Source: an uncultured Chloroflexia bacterium (GTDB taxonomy: Bacteria > Chloroflexota > Chloroflexia > QHBQ01 > JADMIH01). From it: 64,000 bases of DNA. Below are positions 9,871 to 18,676 of the stretch, piece after piece. Under the pieces are notes generated by a model, which had not been told where the DNA came from, searched no databases, and was given only the letters and a program-made list of their open reading frames with translations. Both the position numbers and the translations under genes were made by a program. The stretch is taken from the NCBI GenBank assembly GCA_963811305.1, contig CAWEQU010000008.1, positions 68,539-132,538 on the forward strand, read 5' to 3'. Numbering within the stretch: position 1 is the stretch's first letter; each line of letters starts with the position of its first letter.

Positions 9871-10032
9871 CCTTACCCACGGCCACGTCTTAGCGATAAC
9901 TTAAAGGCTACTCGTTGTTGGGGGTAGGTTTCGGCCTGCCCCCTTCTATGAGATATAACATGGCCCAACTCTTGCTTACACTAACAGGCAAGACGCGATA
10001 TTTAGCCTTGCCTGATCGCAAAGCCGCAAGCC

Positions 10033-10858
10033 ATGAGCAAAATCCTTATTGTTGACGACGAGCCGACCATTGTAGACCTCCTGGAGGAGCACCTCCAGAG
10101 CGAGGGCTACGATACCGCGCACGCTTTCTCCGGCGAGGAAGCGTTGCAGGTGCTCGATAACGTCACCCCCGACCTGGTTATTCTCGACCTGATGCTCCCA
10201 GGTATGGATGGCTACGAGGTTTGCCGCCTCATGCAGCAGGACCCACGCCTTAACCACATCCCGGTTATCATGGTGACCGCGAGGAGCGCCATACCTAACA
10301 AGGTGATGGGCTACCAGCGAGGGGCGGATGATTACGTGGTCAAGCCGTTTGACCCCGAAGAGCTGAGCGTGAGGGTGCGCGCCCAGCTCCACCACCTGTA
10401 CCACGACACCGTAGCCGAGCTTACCGGCCTACCCGGCCCCCAGGTGATTGAGGAGACCATCCAGCGCCGGACGCAAGACCGTGCTCGCCCTTGGGCTATC
10501 GTCTACGTGGACATAACCAACTTCACAGCCTACAACGAGTTCGTACACCTTCCTGGAAGGGGACGACATGATAAAGGAAGCGGCGCAGGCACTTGATGAT
10601 GCTGTCCAGCAGGCGGGGGAGGGAGACGACTTCGTAGGGCACATGGGGGGCGACAAGTTTGTGGTAATCACCGAGCCGCCACGTGTGGAAGCTATTACCA
10701 CGTGCGCCCAGGAGCTTTTCTCTAAGGGGAGGGACAGCCTCTACTCCCCGGTCGAGCGCGAGCAGGGTTTCGTCGCCACCGTGAACCGCCAGGGCCTCCT
10801 CGCCCATGTAGGGCTGTGTGCGCTCGATTTCGAGGTGGTTACGAGTGAAGAAGAGTAG
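10033..10858 (+). pseudogene. response regulator with degenerate GGDEF domain (GGDKF), one apparent frameshift
   Basis: REC (ILIVDDEPTIVDLL..ILDLMLPGMDG) in 10033-10596. The GGDEF-like part (EGDDMIKEAAQAL...VGHMGGDKFVVI) is in 10568-10858. Shift near 10541-10545. Confidence 0.8.
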
Positions 10859-11214
10859 GGCTAAAGGACGACGGACGACGGACGAACGCAAGTACTCGTT
10901 CCTCGATCACACTTATTACTTATCCACGCACCCACTTAACCATCTTTCGTTTTTCGGCCCCCAAATACCCTCCAAACGACCAATTTTGGACCAATTTGCG
11001 AAAAAGCCCCCAAAAAATGTCCCGTTTTGACCCCGAAATGGGATTAAGTTAATAGAGATGCATTTCCGACCTCGCCAGTCGCAGTCGAGGTCCAACCCCA
11101 AGGGTCCCGCTGGTGTCCCTGTCGTCGAGGGAATTACACTCTCCCTCGATACCCCCCAAAAGGAGGTCTCAGCCTAGAATTTAGAGTACGAAGTAGCGAG
11201 TGCCACCTCGCAAT

Positions 11215-11243
11215 CACTCCGCACTCCGCACTCCGCACTCCAC
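11215..11243. repeat. heptamer array (CACTCCG)x4
   Basis: Direct tandem repeat inside the 670-bp gene-free region. Confidence 0.85.
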
Positions 11244-11531
11244 ATTCGACCCCCGGGCACAGCGCAGGTCAATCCACACCTGGTAGGAGCGCCATGCCCA
11301 TAGCTCACCCCTGGCGGTGTATTGTGTACCACAATTACCAACAACACCCCAGGCACAGAGATAAATGACCAGGAACCAGTTGCGGCACAGGGACACCTGA
11401 CCCTACAACCGACAACCCAACGCGCCCGTAGGGGCATGGCATCGCCGTGCCCCCTACCTCCGCACCCCTTGACTATATCTACTACAGATCAACCATCAAC
11501 TATAGTACATCGTCTTTAGCCCGTCGTCCCT

Positions 11532-12320
11532 CTACCGCCTTGCGGCTTTGAGCCAGGCAGCGAGGACGCTGGCCGACTGCCCTAGCGTGGCCTGGCGGTC
11601 GGGGTGGAAATATGGGTTGCTGTACGGCGGCACGCACGGCTCAGGTGGATTGACGCTGCCGCAATCATACCCTTTCATAATGCCCAACGCGTATACCTGC
11701 TCTACGTATTGCCTGTATGGGTCATCTTGCGGCAGGTCCTGGAAGGAGGGTCTTTCAGGTATCCTCATATCTTTGAAAAGTGCGTAGTCGGCTAGCGATA
11801 TAGCCACGGCCAGTTCCTCTCGCGTTACTGAGGCATCCGGGCGGAAGTATGGCCTGGATGCCAGATCGCAAGGCTCTTTCTCACCTTCGTTGCTAACGGC
11901 TCCGCATGAAAACCCGCTCATAACGCCGTGCAGGGTTACCCTCTCGATCCATGCGTATGCCGGGTGCGACGGCGGCACATCAGCGAAAGTCTGCACAACT
12001 AGCACCTCGCTCCAGCCTTTTGCCTTGCTCACCATCATTGCAAGTTCCTTGCGCGTAAGCGGAAAGCCTACTCGGAAGTAAGGACGGTTGAGATCATCGC
12101 AAGGCTCACCTGGGCCGCCACATGGGTAGCCGGTAGTCACCCCCATCTTCGATAGCTGCTCCACGGCAGGCCAAAAGCTGCTGCCGGTGGGCACGTCAGC
12201 GTAGGTTTGAACCCTGGAGGCAGGGGAGAGCACTGACGAGTTTGCAGCCAGGACCGCGATGAGCATCAAGAGTATGCACACCCAGGCAACAGTGCTTGAT
12301 TTTGAATAGCGTCGCTCCAT
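11532..12320 (-). CDS. secreted SLH-repeat protein
   Basis: Signal-like N-terminus (VAWVCILLMLIAVLAANS) and four repeats of the variant SLH unit (FADVP..H.AYAWIE..GVMSGF.CG...EPCD...RPYFRP...VTREELA). Confidence 0.75.
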   Translation of the reverse strand: MERRYSKSSTVAWVCILLMLIAVLAANSSVLSPASRVQTYADVPTGSSFWPAVEQLSKMGVTTGYPCGGPGEPCDDLNRPYFRVGFPLTRKELAMMVSKAKGWSEVLVVQTFADVPPSHPAYAWIERVTLHGVMSGFSCGAVSNEGEKEPCDLASRPYFRPDASVTREELAVAISLADYALFKDMRIPERPSFQDLPQDDPYRQYVEQVYALGIMKGYDCGSVNPPEPCVPPYSNPYFHPDRQATLGQSASVLAAWLKAARR

Positions 12321-12338
12321 AGCCTACATTACCACCGT

Positions 12339-13634
12339 TCAGAATATCCAATACCATGTAGCGAAGAGCGCGGTGTTGAGTCCCAGGAGGGTCGCACCGG
12401 TAATCACTATTGCCCGGTCCCAGTGCCGGTTCGAGCCTAGCTTGGCTAAGAGCAGGAATATCGGAAAGATAGCTAATGAGTAGCGTGGAAGGGACTGCAT
12501 GGGCCAGTCAGCTACCGTGAACGATAGGAGCGTCCAGGTCGAGACGGTGCAATAGATGGCATAGATACGGGGCAGCGCCCACCACGCAATCACACTCGCT
12601 TCGATAAGGAGGATGGCGTACACCAGGTCCTGGGTGTTCACAATGCGCGACAAAGGGGTGATAGCAATATTGCCCAGGTGCCCAAACTCAATGGCAAGGG
12701 TCTCCCAGGGCCACATGGATGCGCGCCACCAGGGGGATTGGTTGACCGTATGAGATATGGCAAGCAAATCACCTGTGGTCAATACCAGGTATCCGGTCCA
12801 AAGGAGCCAGCCCACAGGGGCAGCCGCTACAGCCAATAAACGTGTAGGGAAGAGAAGTTTGAGGTTCCCACGCGACTGACGCCACGCCTCGTATGCAAGC
12901 GGGAAGACGAGTAACAGCCCCGTTGGACGCGTCAGCCCAGCCAGGAGCGCGGCCAAGCCCGACATACCCCACCTGGCACGCCTCGCGTAATAGAAGGCAG
13001 CAAGACTGGCCGTCAGAAAAAGCGATTTAGCGTACACCGCGAGCATAAATAGAGCCATAGGGTAAACCGCCAGGTAGAGTGCCGCCCGGCCCGCGACCTT
13101 ATCACCGAATTCCAGCGCCGCCAGCTTGAACATGTACACCAGCGCCAGAAAACACATTACGCTCGATATGACAACGCCTGACAAAACGTAATCGTTGCCC
13201 AGAACAGGGGCCGCTACGGCCATCAATAAGGGGTAAAGGGGGAAGAAGGCAGGTAGCTCAGGCCGATAGGAATAGCCGTGCTGGGCTATATTGAGATAGT
13301 GCTCGGAGTCCCAGCGCGCCCATACATCGAGCAGGATATTGCTGCTGGGGTGAAGAGTGTAGTGCAGACCCTCTTGCTCCGGCAGTAAAGCTGCCGCGAG
13401 GAGTGCTACCAGGCTCAATCCGACGCGCAGGCTCAAGAAGAGGAAGAATGCCTGCGTCACCGCAACCCGGTTGCTCTGCCACAACGCCCGTAGAAGAGAG
13501 GCAAACCGGCTCTCCCCCTCCCTATTAGTCGCCTGACTTTCGGTCATGGTTTCAGTCCTCGCCACATCAGACGGCGAAGCTGTCAAGGCATCATTATTTT
13601 GTTCATCCTTCGCAGGTGGGGGCTGTGCAACCAT
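12339..13634 (-). CDS. GT-C type membrane glycosyl/mannosyltransferase (PIG-V-like)
   Basis: Polytopic protein with the motif WARWDSEHYLNIAQHGYSY...PAFFPLYPLLM, typical of PIG-V/GT-C family enzymes (from memory). Confidence 0.65.
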   Translation of the reverse strand: MVAQPPPAKDEQNNDALTASPSDVARTETMTESQATNREGESRFASLLRALWQSNRVAVTQAFFLFLSLRVGLSLVALLAAALLPEQEGLHYTLHPSSNILLDVWARWDSEHYLNIAQHGYSYRPELPAFFPLYPLLMAVAAPVLGNDYVLSGVVISSVMCFLALVYMFKLAALEFGDKVAGRAALYLAVYPMALFMLAVYAKSLFLTASLAAFYYARRARWGMSGLAALLAGLTRPTGLLLVFPLAYEAWRQSRGNLKLLFPTRLLAVAAAPVGWLLWTGYLVLTTGDLLAISHTVNQSPWWRASMWPWETLAIEFGHLGNIAITPLSRIVNTQDLVYAILLIEASVIAWWALPRIYAIYCTVSTWTLLSFTVADWPMQSLPRYSLAIFPIFLLLAKLGSNRHWDRAIVITGATLLGLNTALFATWYWIF

Positions 13635-13667
13635 AAGCGCCTAGCGCCTCCCCATTATGGAGGGGAC

Positions 13668-13714
13668 TTTACTCATGAAAATGAGCGCCTGCGGCGCTCA
13701 TTTTCATGAGTAAA
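13668..13714. terminator. 22-bp perfect-stem hairpin sharing its core with 7186-7236
   Basis: TTTACTCATGAAAATGAGCGCC tgc GGCGCTCATTTTCATGAGTAAA. It lies between the start of the GT-C gene (13634) and the stop of the upstream co-directional ECF sigma gene (13768), i.e. just downstream of that sigma gene on the minus strand. Confidence 0.6.
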
Positions 13715-13767
13715 AGAAATGTTGTTTTGAGCTTTCGCATAGTTGAGTGCGGTTGCCGAAATGGAGC

Positions 13768-14355
13768 CTAGCCCGCAGCGGCATCTACCAAACCCAACCC
13801 GAACTCCAGCTTCTTGACTTCCTCGGCTTCCAAGATGCCGAGCAAACTGCGCAAAGCCCTATATTGGAGGGCGCGTATCGCGCCTTCTTTCTTGTTGAGC
13901 ATTTGAGCGATCTCGGCGTTCTCATACCCCTCAATGAATTTGAGAGAGATAACCTGGCGCTGGTCCTCCGTAAGCTGGCAGATAGCATCCTTCAGCTCGG
14001 CGGCGTCGAGGGTTTGCAGGAGAGCGTCCTGGGGGTCCTCCGGCTCGTAGGAGGTAGCAAGGACTTCGTGAAGGGGCACGGACTCGCGCCGGGTGCGGTA
14101 GTGGTCAACCACCAGGTTGTGCGCCAGCCGGTAGAGCCATGAAGAGAATGGATATCCACACCAGGTGTAGCGGCCAATAGCTTCCCACGCTTTTAGAAAG
14201 ACCTGCTCGCAGAGATCCTCGGCGTCGGATGTATCACCGACTTTATAGAACACATACTTGTAGATCTTGTCTACGTAGGCATTATATAGTTCAGCGAATG
14301 CAGCCTGGTCGTGCTCCGATGCACGTTGGGCAAGTTCGGCCTCGTTGAGTAGCAT
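13768..14355 (-). CDS. ECF-type sigma-70 family sigma factor
   Basis: IYKYVFYKVGDTSDAEDLCEQVFLKAWE (region 2) and LTEDQRQVISLKFIEGYENAEIAQMLNKKEGAIRALQYRALRSL (region 4). Paralogous to 2507-3160. Confidence 0.88.
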   Translation of the reverse strand: MLLNEAELAQRASEHDQAAFAELYNAYVDKIYKYVFYKVGDTSDAEDLCEQVFLKAWEAIGRYTWCGYPFSSWLYRLAHNLVVDHYRTRRESVPLHEVLATSYEPEDPQDALLQTLDAAELKDAICQLTEDQRQVISLKFIEGYENAEIAQMLNKKEGAIRALQYRALRSLLGILEAEEVKKLEFGLGLVDAAAG

Positions 14356-14485
14356 GGCACGTCCTCCCAGTAGTCTCGCGCGCCCACGATCCTGCTATGT
14401 TATTATCGTACTTTTGCAAGAAATATGCCACAGGATGCTCCACCACTTGCGCACGCTAAAAATCGCCGTTATAATGCGAATTGTG

Positions 14486-14610
14486 GTGCGTGAAACGTGA
14501 GGCGTCGTAATAGACGACGGACGACAAACGATGGACGATGGACGATGGACGATGGACGATGGACGATAGGTGCGTAAACTCGTAATTCGTAATTCGTAAT
14601 TCGTAATTCG
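14486..14610. repeat. mosaic heptamer array: GAAACGTGAGG - (GACGRYR)n incl. (GACGATG)x4 - (CGTAATT)x4
   Basis: Fills most of the divergent ECF-sigma/rpoN intergenic region. The 7-nt periodicity was read directly. Confidence 0.85.
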
Positions 14611-14628
14611 AAAGCGGAGGGAGCAGGC

Positions 14629-16089
14629 GTGGACCAGCAGATGCAAACGGTCCAGGAACAGAGCATGAGGGTGTCACCCACCCTCATAATGGTCAACCAG
14701 TTGCTCGCGCTCTCGTCTATCGAGCTTCAGCACATGGTGCGGGCCGAGCTAGAAGAGAACCCCGCGCTGGAAGGGGTAGAGAACACCCCCTGCGCGTCGT
14801 GTGGGGCGGGTACTACCGGGCGCTACTGCCCGGTCTGTATGCAGCCCGTCCACCCGACGCAGGCACAGGGCACTGACCAGGCACGGCAAACTGAAGCGGG
14901 TATGGGCAGTGGCGCGTCTGACGAGTATGATTACGAGTACGAAAGCTACCGAGCGCGCAACTCGGCAGCGGCACCCGAAGAAGAGGAGTTCGACCCGCTC
15001 GGCCTGGTAGCTACCGAAGCGAGCATGACCGAGCAGTTGTTGAGTGACCTGTCCGTCTCCCTCTCCCCCGATGACTACTTTATCGCTGAATACCTGGTGG
15101 GCAATATTAACGAGCAGGGCTTCCTCGGCTGCACGGTTGGGTCGGCGGCGAAGCGGTTAGACGTGCCTGTCGAGAGCGTAGAGCGAATACTGAACACTCT
15201 ACAGAGGATAGGTCCACTGGGTGTCGGTGCGCGAGACCTGCGTGAGTGCCTGCTGATCCAGCTTGAGGATATAGAGGAGCGGGGCGAGCCGGAAGTCGCG
15301 CCGCACGTCAGGACGATTATATCCGAGTACCTGACGGAGCTTGGGGAGCACAAGTATACTATCATCGCGCAGGCGCTGGGCATCCCCTATGAGAGCGTGG
15401 TGTCGGTGCGTGACTTCATCAAGCGGCATATGCAACCCCGCCCACTCCAGGAGTCGCCCTCAGGCAAGGCGTGGAGGTCGCCGTCGCCGACGCGGTTCGT
15501 GGTGCCGGATGTGCTGATCCATTTGCGAGACGGAGAGCTTGAGCCGGAGGTCGTGGAGACGTTCAGGTTCAGCCTCCGCATCAATCCCCTCTACCAGCGA
15601 CTGGCAAGCGACGGGGTACACGCCGACGGTGGCCTATCGGACGGGGAGCGCGACCACATCCGCCGTTACGTGAACCGCTCGAAGCTTTTCATCTCGAATA
15701 TCAACCAACGCCGCGAGACGATGCGCCGCATCACGGCCTGCCTGATAGATTTGCAGGAGAAGTTTATAAGGTACGGCGTGCGCTATTTGAGGCCCCTTAC
15801 TCGCGCCCAGGTGGCGCAATATTTGGGTATTCACGAAAGCACCGTGAGCCGCGCCACCGCGAGCAAGTATGTGATGCTCCCCAGCAAGCAGGTAATCCCT
15901 TTCAGCGATTTCTTCGCTGCCTCCCTCTCCGCGAAAGATTTTATCAAAGAGCTAATCACCAAAGAGTCGGACCCTATGACCGACAAAGAGATAGTGAGCC
16001 ACCTGCGCGAGCAAGGGATACGCGTAGCGAGAAGGACGGTGACAAAGTATAGGAATCAACTGGGGATATTGCCTTCGACGTTTCGGTAA
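14629..16089 (+). CDS. rpoN: RNA polymerase sigma-54 factor with a Cys4 insertion after region I
   Basis: Region I-like (LIMVNQLLALSSIELQHMVRAELEENPALE), an acidic region II, a core-binding part, and a C-terminal HTH/RpoN box (LTRAQVAQYLGIHESTVSRA...ARRTVTKYR). GGAGGGA precedes GTG 14629. Confidence 0.9.
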   Translation: MDQQMQTVQEQSMRVSPTLIMVNQLLALSSIELQHMVRAELEENPALEGVENTPCASCGAGTTGRYCPVCMQPVHPTQAQGTDQARQTEAGMGSGASDEYDYEYESYRARNSAAAPEEEEFDPLGLVATEASMTEQLLSDLSVSLSPDDYFIAEYLVGNINEQGFLGCTVGSAAKRLDVPVESVERILNTLQRIGPLGVGARDLRECLLIQLEDIEERGEPEVAPHVRTIISEYLTELGEHKYTIIAQALGIPYESVVSVRDFIKRHMQPRPLQESPSGKAWRSPSPTRFVVPDVLIHLRDGELEPEVVETFRFSLRINPLYQRLASDGVHADGGLSDGERDHIRRYVNRSKLFISNINQRRETMRRITACLIDLQEKFIRYGVRYLRPLTRAQVAQYLGIHESTVSRATASKYVMLPSKQVIPFSDFFAASLSAKDFIKELITKESDPMTDKEIVSHLREQGIRVARRTVTKYRNQLGILPSTFR

Positions 16090-16165
16090 ACTGATAACCT
16101 ACAGGCGTGTATTAGAACAAGGATGAGGAACTAAGAGTTTCGTATTATGAAGCACGTCTTTACTT

Positions 16166-16244
16166 GTCATTCCGAACGAAGTAAGGAATCTCCAAGCTTG
16201 CCAGGTGGATAGATTTCTAGATTCCTTACTTCGTTCGGAATGAC
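16166..16244. repeat. perfect 25-bp inverted repeat with a 29-nt spacer
   Basis: GTCATTCCGAACGAAGTAAGGAATC ... GATTCCTTACTTCGTTCGGAATGAC, between the rpoN stop and the hicB start. Confidence 0.9.
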
Positions 16245-16277
16245 ACTTTTTATACATTTCTTCTCATATACGCTCTC

Positions 16278-16550
16278 ATGCACAGATACCTTGTAATCAT
16301 TGAACAGGGACCTAATAACTATTCAGCATACAGCCCGGACGTTCCAGGCTGCGTATCTGCGGGTGATACGGTAGAAGAAACGTTAGAACACTTTCGTGAA
16401 GCTCTGGAGATGCACTTAGAGGGGATATTGGAAGATGGAGATCCTATACCGCAGATAAGCAGCGTAGCCGCCCAATTCATGGAAGTGGAAGCGCCACACC
16501 CTGGAACAAAAAATAGGGTCTTAGTACATTCGGAGCAGGTCGTCGTATAG
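16278..16550 (+). CDS. hicB: HicB-family antitoxin-like protein (UPF0150)
   Basis: YLVIIEQGPNNYSAYSPDVPGCVSAGDTVEETLEHFREALEMHLEG is the typical HicB N-terminal fold signature. No HicA-like ORF is adjacent. Confidence 0.7.
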   Translation: MHRYLVIIEQGPNNYSAYSPDVPGCVSAGDTVEETLEHFREALEMHLEGILEDGDPIPQISSVAAQFMEVEAPHPGTKNRVLVHSEQVVV

Positions 16551-16573
16551 GCTTACACTAGAGTTAGCAACGG

Positions 16574-17433
16574 TTACCCTACCCCCTGGCACTGAGGGCA
16601 GTAAAAGGTAATCCTCCCCTTCCCGACCCCCTGACGCGCCTGCTTTATTGGCGTGCCACACACCTTGCACGGGCGGCTTGATTGGCGGAAGACCCAGTGC
16701 TTGTCGCGCCATCTTACTGTTGTGCCTTTCTCCTCGGCTTCGGCCTGCAAGTGCGCCAGCACGTCGTCAGTAACGGTCTGGCCTCTATTGCGCAGGGCGC
16801 GTTGGCCTATATCAGGGATGGTCTCAGCTAGGCATTTTTGCTGCTCAGGGGTGAGGTCGCGCACGAGGGTCCAGGGGTTGATGCGGCACTCGAAAAGGAT
16901 GTCGCTTTTGAGGTAGTTGCCAAGCCCCGCCGCCACGCTCTGATAGAGAAGCACAGGCCCTACCTCCTGGTCGAGGTTGCCAGGGCCATTCAATCTGTGG
17001 AGGAAGAGGGCGCGATCGAATGTGGGGGAGCACATGTCCGGCCCTATCTCCTGGAGCGAGGGTATCTGGCTGAACGGGTCGCCCACGCCGATGTTGAAGA
17101 CCTGGACATTGATCAGCACTGCCTGACGCGCTGTGGTGACGATGAGCGCCCTGGTGGTGCGGTCGTATTCGACGCGATGGCGCAGGGAGTAGGTGCGTAT
17201 CTTGCCGAACATTAGCAAGTGGATGTGGAAGTAGATGTCACCTTCCAGGTTCCACAGGATGTTCTTACCCGCCGGGTATACGCGCCGTACTTCTTTCCCT
17301 TCCACCAATCCGGGGTGCGCCTCCAACCACGCCTTCGCCTTCTTGAGGCGCGAGTTTATAGCGACGATACGGCTCCCCGCGAATTCTTCGTTGACTGCGC
17401 TGAGATGCGATGTACTTCTGGCCCTTCGGACAT
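16574..17433 (-). pseudogene. nei: Fpg/Nei-family DNA glycosylase (endonuclease VIII-like), one apparent frameshift
   Basis: N-terminus MSEGPEVHRISAQ (17433 downward) is in one frame and the remainder (VNEEFAGSRI...H2TH...zinc finger CKVCGTPI...FYCPQC) in ORF 16574-17326. Shift near 17392-17398. Confidence 0.8.
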
Positions 17434-17470
17434 GTTACCGTTTCGCAATGCAAATTCGGGGCCAAGCTTG

Positions 17471-17530
17471 GGACGACGGACGACGGACGATAGACGATGA
17501 AACGTGATGCGTGATGCGTGATGCGTGAGG
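17471..17530. repeat. mosaic heptamer array: (GACGACG)x2-GACGATA-GACGATG-AAAC-(GTGATGC)x3
   Basis: Direct reading. It shows the same word order as 3761-3800. Confidence 0.85.
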
Positions 17531-17626
17531 ATGACGAAGAGTAGGGACCATGACAGTTTATAAGAGGGTTTTCCACGCTGATAGGCTATGTTATACTGGA
17601 ACAAATGTTCATTAAGGAGGGGTTGT

Positions 17627-17824
17627 ATGGGGACTATTACGCAGCCAACGCAGGCGACCATAGATGAGTTTGTGGGGGTGTCGCATGGAGATGCTGCCCG
17701 CGTGAAGGAGAGGCTGGCCGAGTATCCTGGGCTTGCTACTTCTACCGCAAGCTGGGGCGAGACGCCTATAGAGGCGGCTGCTCACTTGACCACAGGGGTC
17801 TCAATTTTGACCTCTTTGTCGTAG
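17627..17824 (+). CDS. short ankyrin-like fragment (doubtful)
   Basis: AAGGAGG precedes ATG 17627. GDAARVKERLAEYPGLA...GETPIEAAAH resembles the start of an ankyrin repeat. Its 3' end overlaps the convergent lipoprotein gene, so it is probably a remnant. Confidence 0.25.
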   Translation: MGTITQPTQATIDEFVGVSHGDAARVKERLAEYPGLATSTASWGETPIEAAAHLTTGVSILTSLS

Positions 17825-18492
17825 TCGCTGATAGTGATTATACGCACTATATTTGACGGCTCACCTTCGATGAGCGCCCCCTGTAAGCGGACGCGCCGCA
17901 ATAGGAAATCACGCCCTCCCACCCAGATAGTAGCTGGGATATTGGTTTTGACATTCACCTCCGGCGTAAGCGCTCTGAGGGAATCGGGGGGTACCTCGCC
18001 TTTTACTCGGTAGGAAGAGACATCCAGTATCTTCTCGTCTCCATCGCTCGACAGGCCTTTGACACTGGCGAGGATATCAGCCGCGCCCTTCGCAGGGTTG
18101 AACAATTGCGACACGTCGAAGTAAGCGGGCATCGGCTCCCATCTGCCGTTGAGGGGGTCTGTCCACCACTGGTTCTTGCCGTCCACAACGACCTCTGCGG
18201 TAAAGGTAAACCCTGATCTGCGCGCGGTCACCTTCCCATGCATCTTGTCCGGCTTCAGCGCATCGCCGTCCGCCTTGGTCAGCCACAAGCCATCTAAGTT
18301 GTGCATATTCTCTGTCGCGAGGGTGAAGTGGAAGGACTTTGGGGCCTGGATAGCCGTGCTGGCCTTCTTTATAACCTCATCAGCAGACACGGCGGGCAGC
18401 TTCTCATCCTCTCCGCACCCCGACAGGCCCATCACCAATAGTGCCATCGCCGTGAATACCGCTAGCTTCTTCAACGTTGAAATTAGATACAT
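17782..18492 (-). CDS. lipoprotein (LppX/LprAFG- or LolA-fold-like, tentative)
   Basis: Lipobox signal (LVMGLSGCGEDEK). The 236-aa size and overall pattern resemble LppX_LprAFG lipoproteins (from memory). Confidence 0.55.
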   Translation of the reverse strand: MYLISTLKKLAVFTAMALLVMGLSGCGEDEKLPAVSADEVIKKASTAIQAPKSFHFTLATENMHNLDGLWLTKADGDALKPDKMHGKVTARRSGFTFTAEVVVDGKNQWWTDPLNGRWEPMPAYFDVSQLFNPAKGAADILASVKGLSSDGDEKILDVSSYRVKGEVPPDSLRALTPEVNVKTNIPATIWVGGRDFLLRRVRLQGALIEGEPSNIVRIITISDYDKEVKIETPVVK

Positions 18493-18676
18493 CGCATGCT
18501 CCCATGACAGGTAATGATAAATCCCTCTTAGAATAACACAACCATGCTATCAGAAGAGGGGAGCTACCGGATGTGGAAAGGTCCTGGCAGAGAATAAGGC
18601 GGTGCTATAATATGCCTCCCGACCGGGATTCAGGCCGTTCCCACGCGCAAGGGCGCACTGGCGAGGTATTACGAAT

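Noticed and set aside
10818-11101. Small ORFs (70 and 61 aa) in the 670-bp gene-free region.
   Set aside because: They are low-complexity, have no RBS, and overlap each other on opposite strands.
14395-14696. Three overlapping minus-strand ORFs (73-83 aa) with VHRPSSIV and NYELRIT repeats.
   Set aside because: They are simply the translation of the heptamer arrays in the ECF-sigma/rpoN intergenic region. They have no start context and no protein-like composition.
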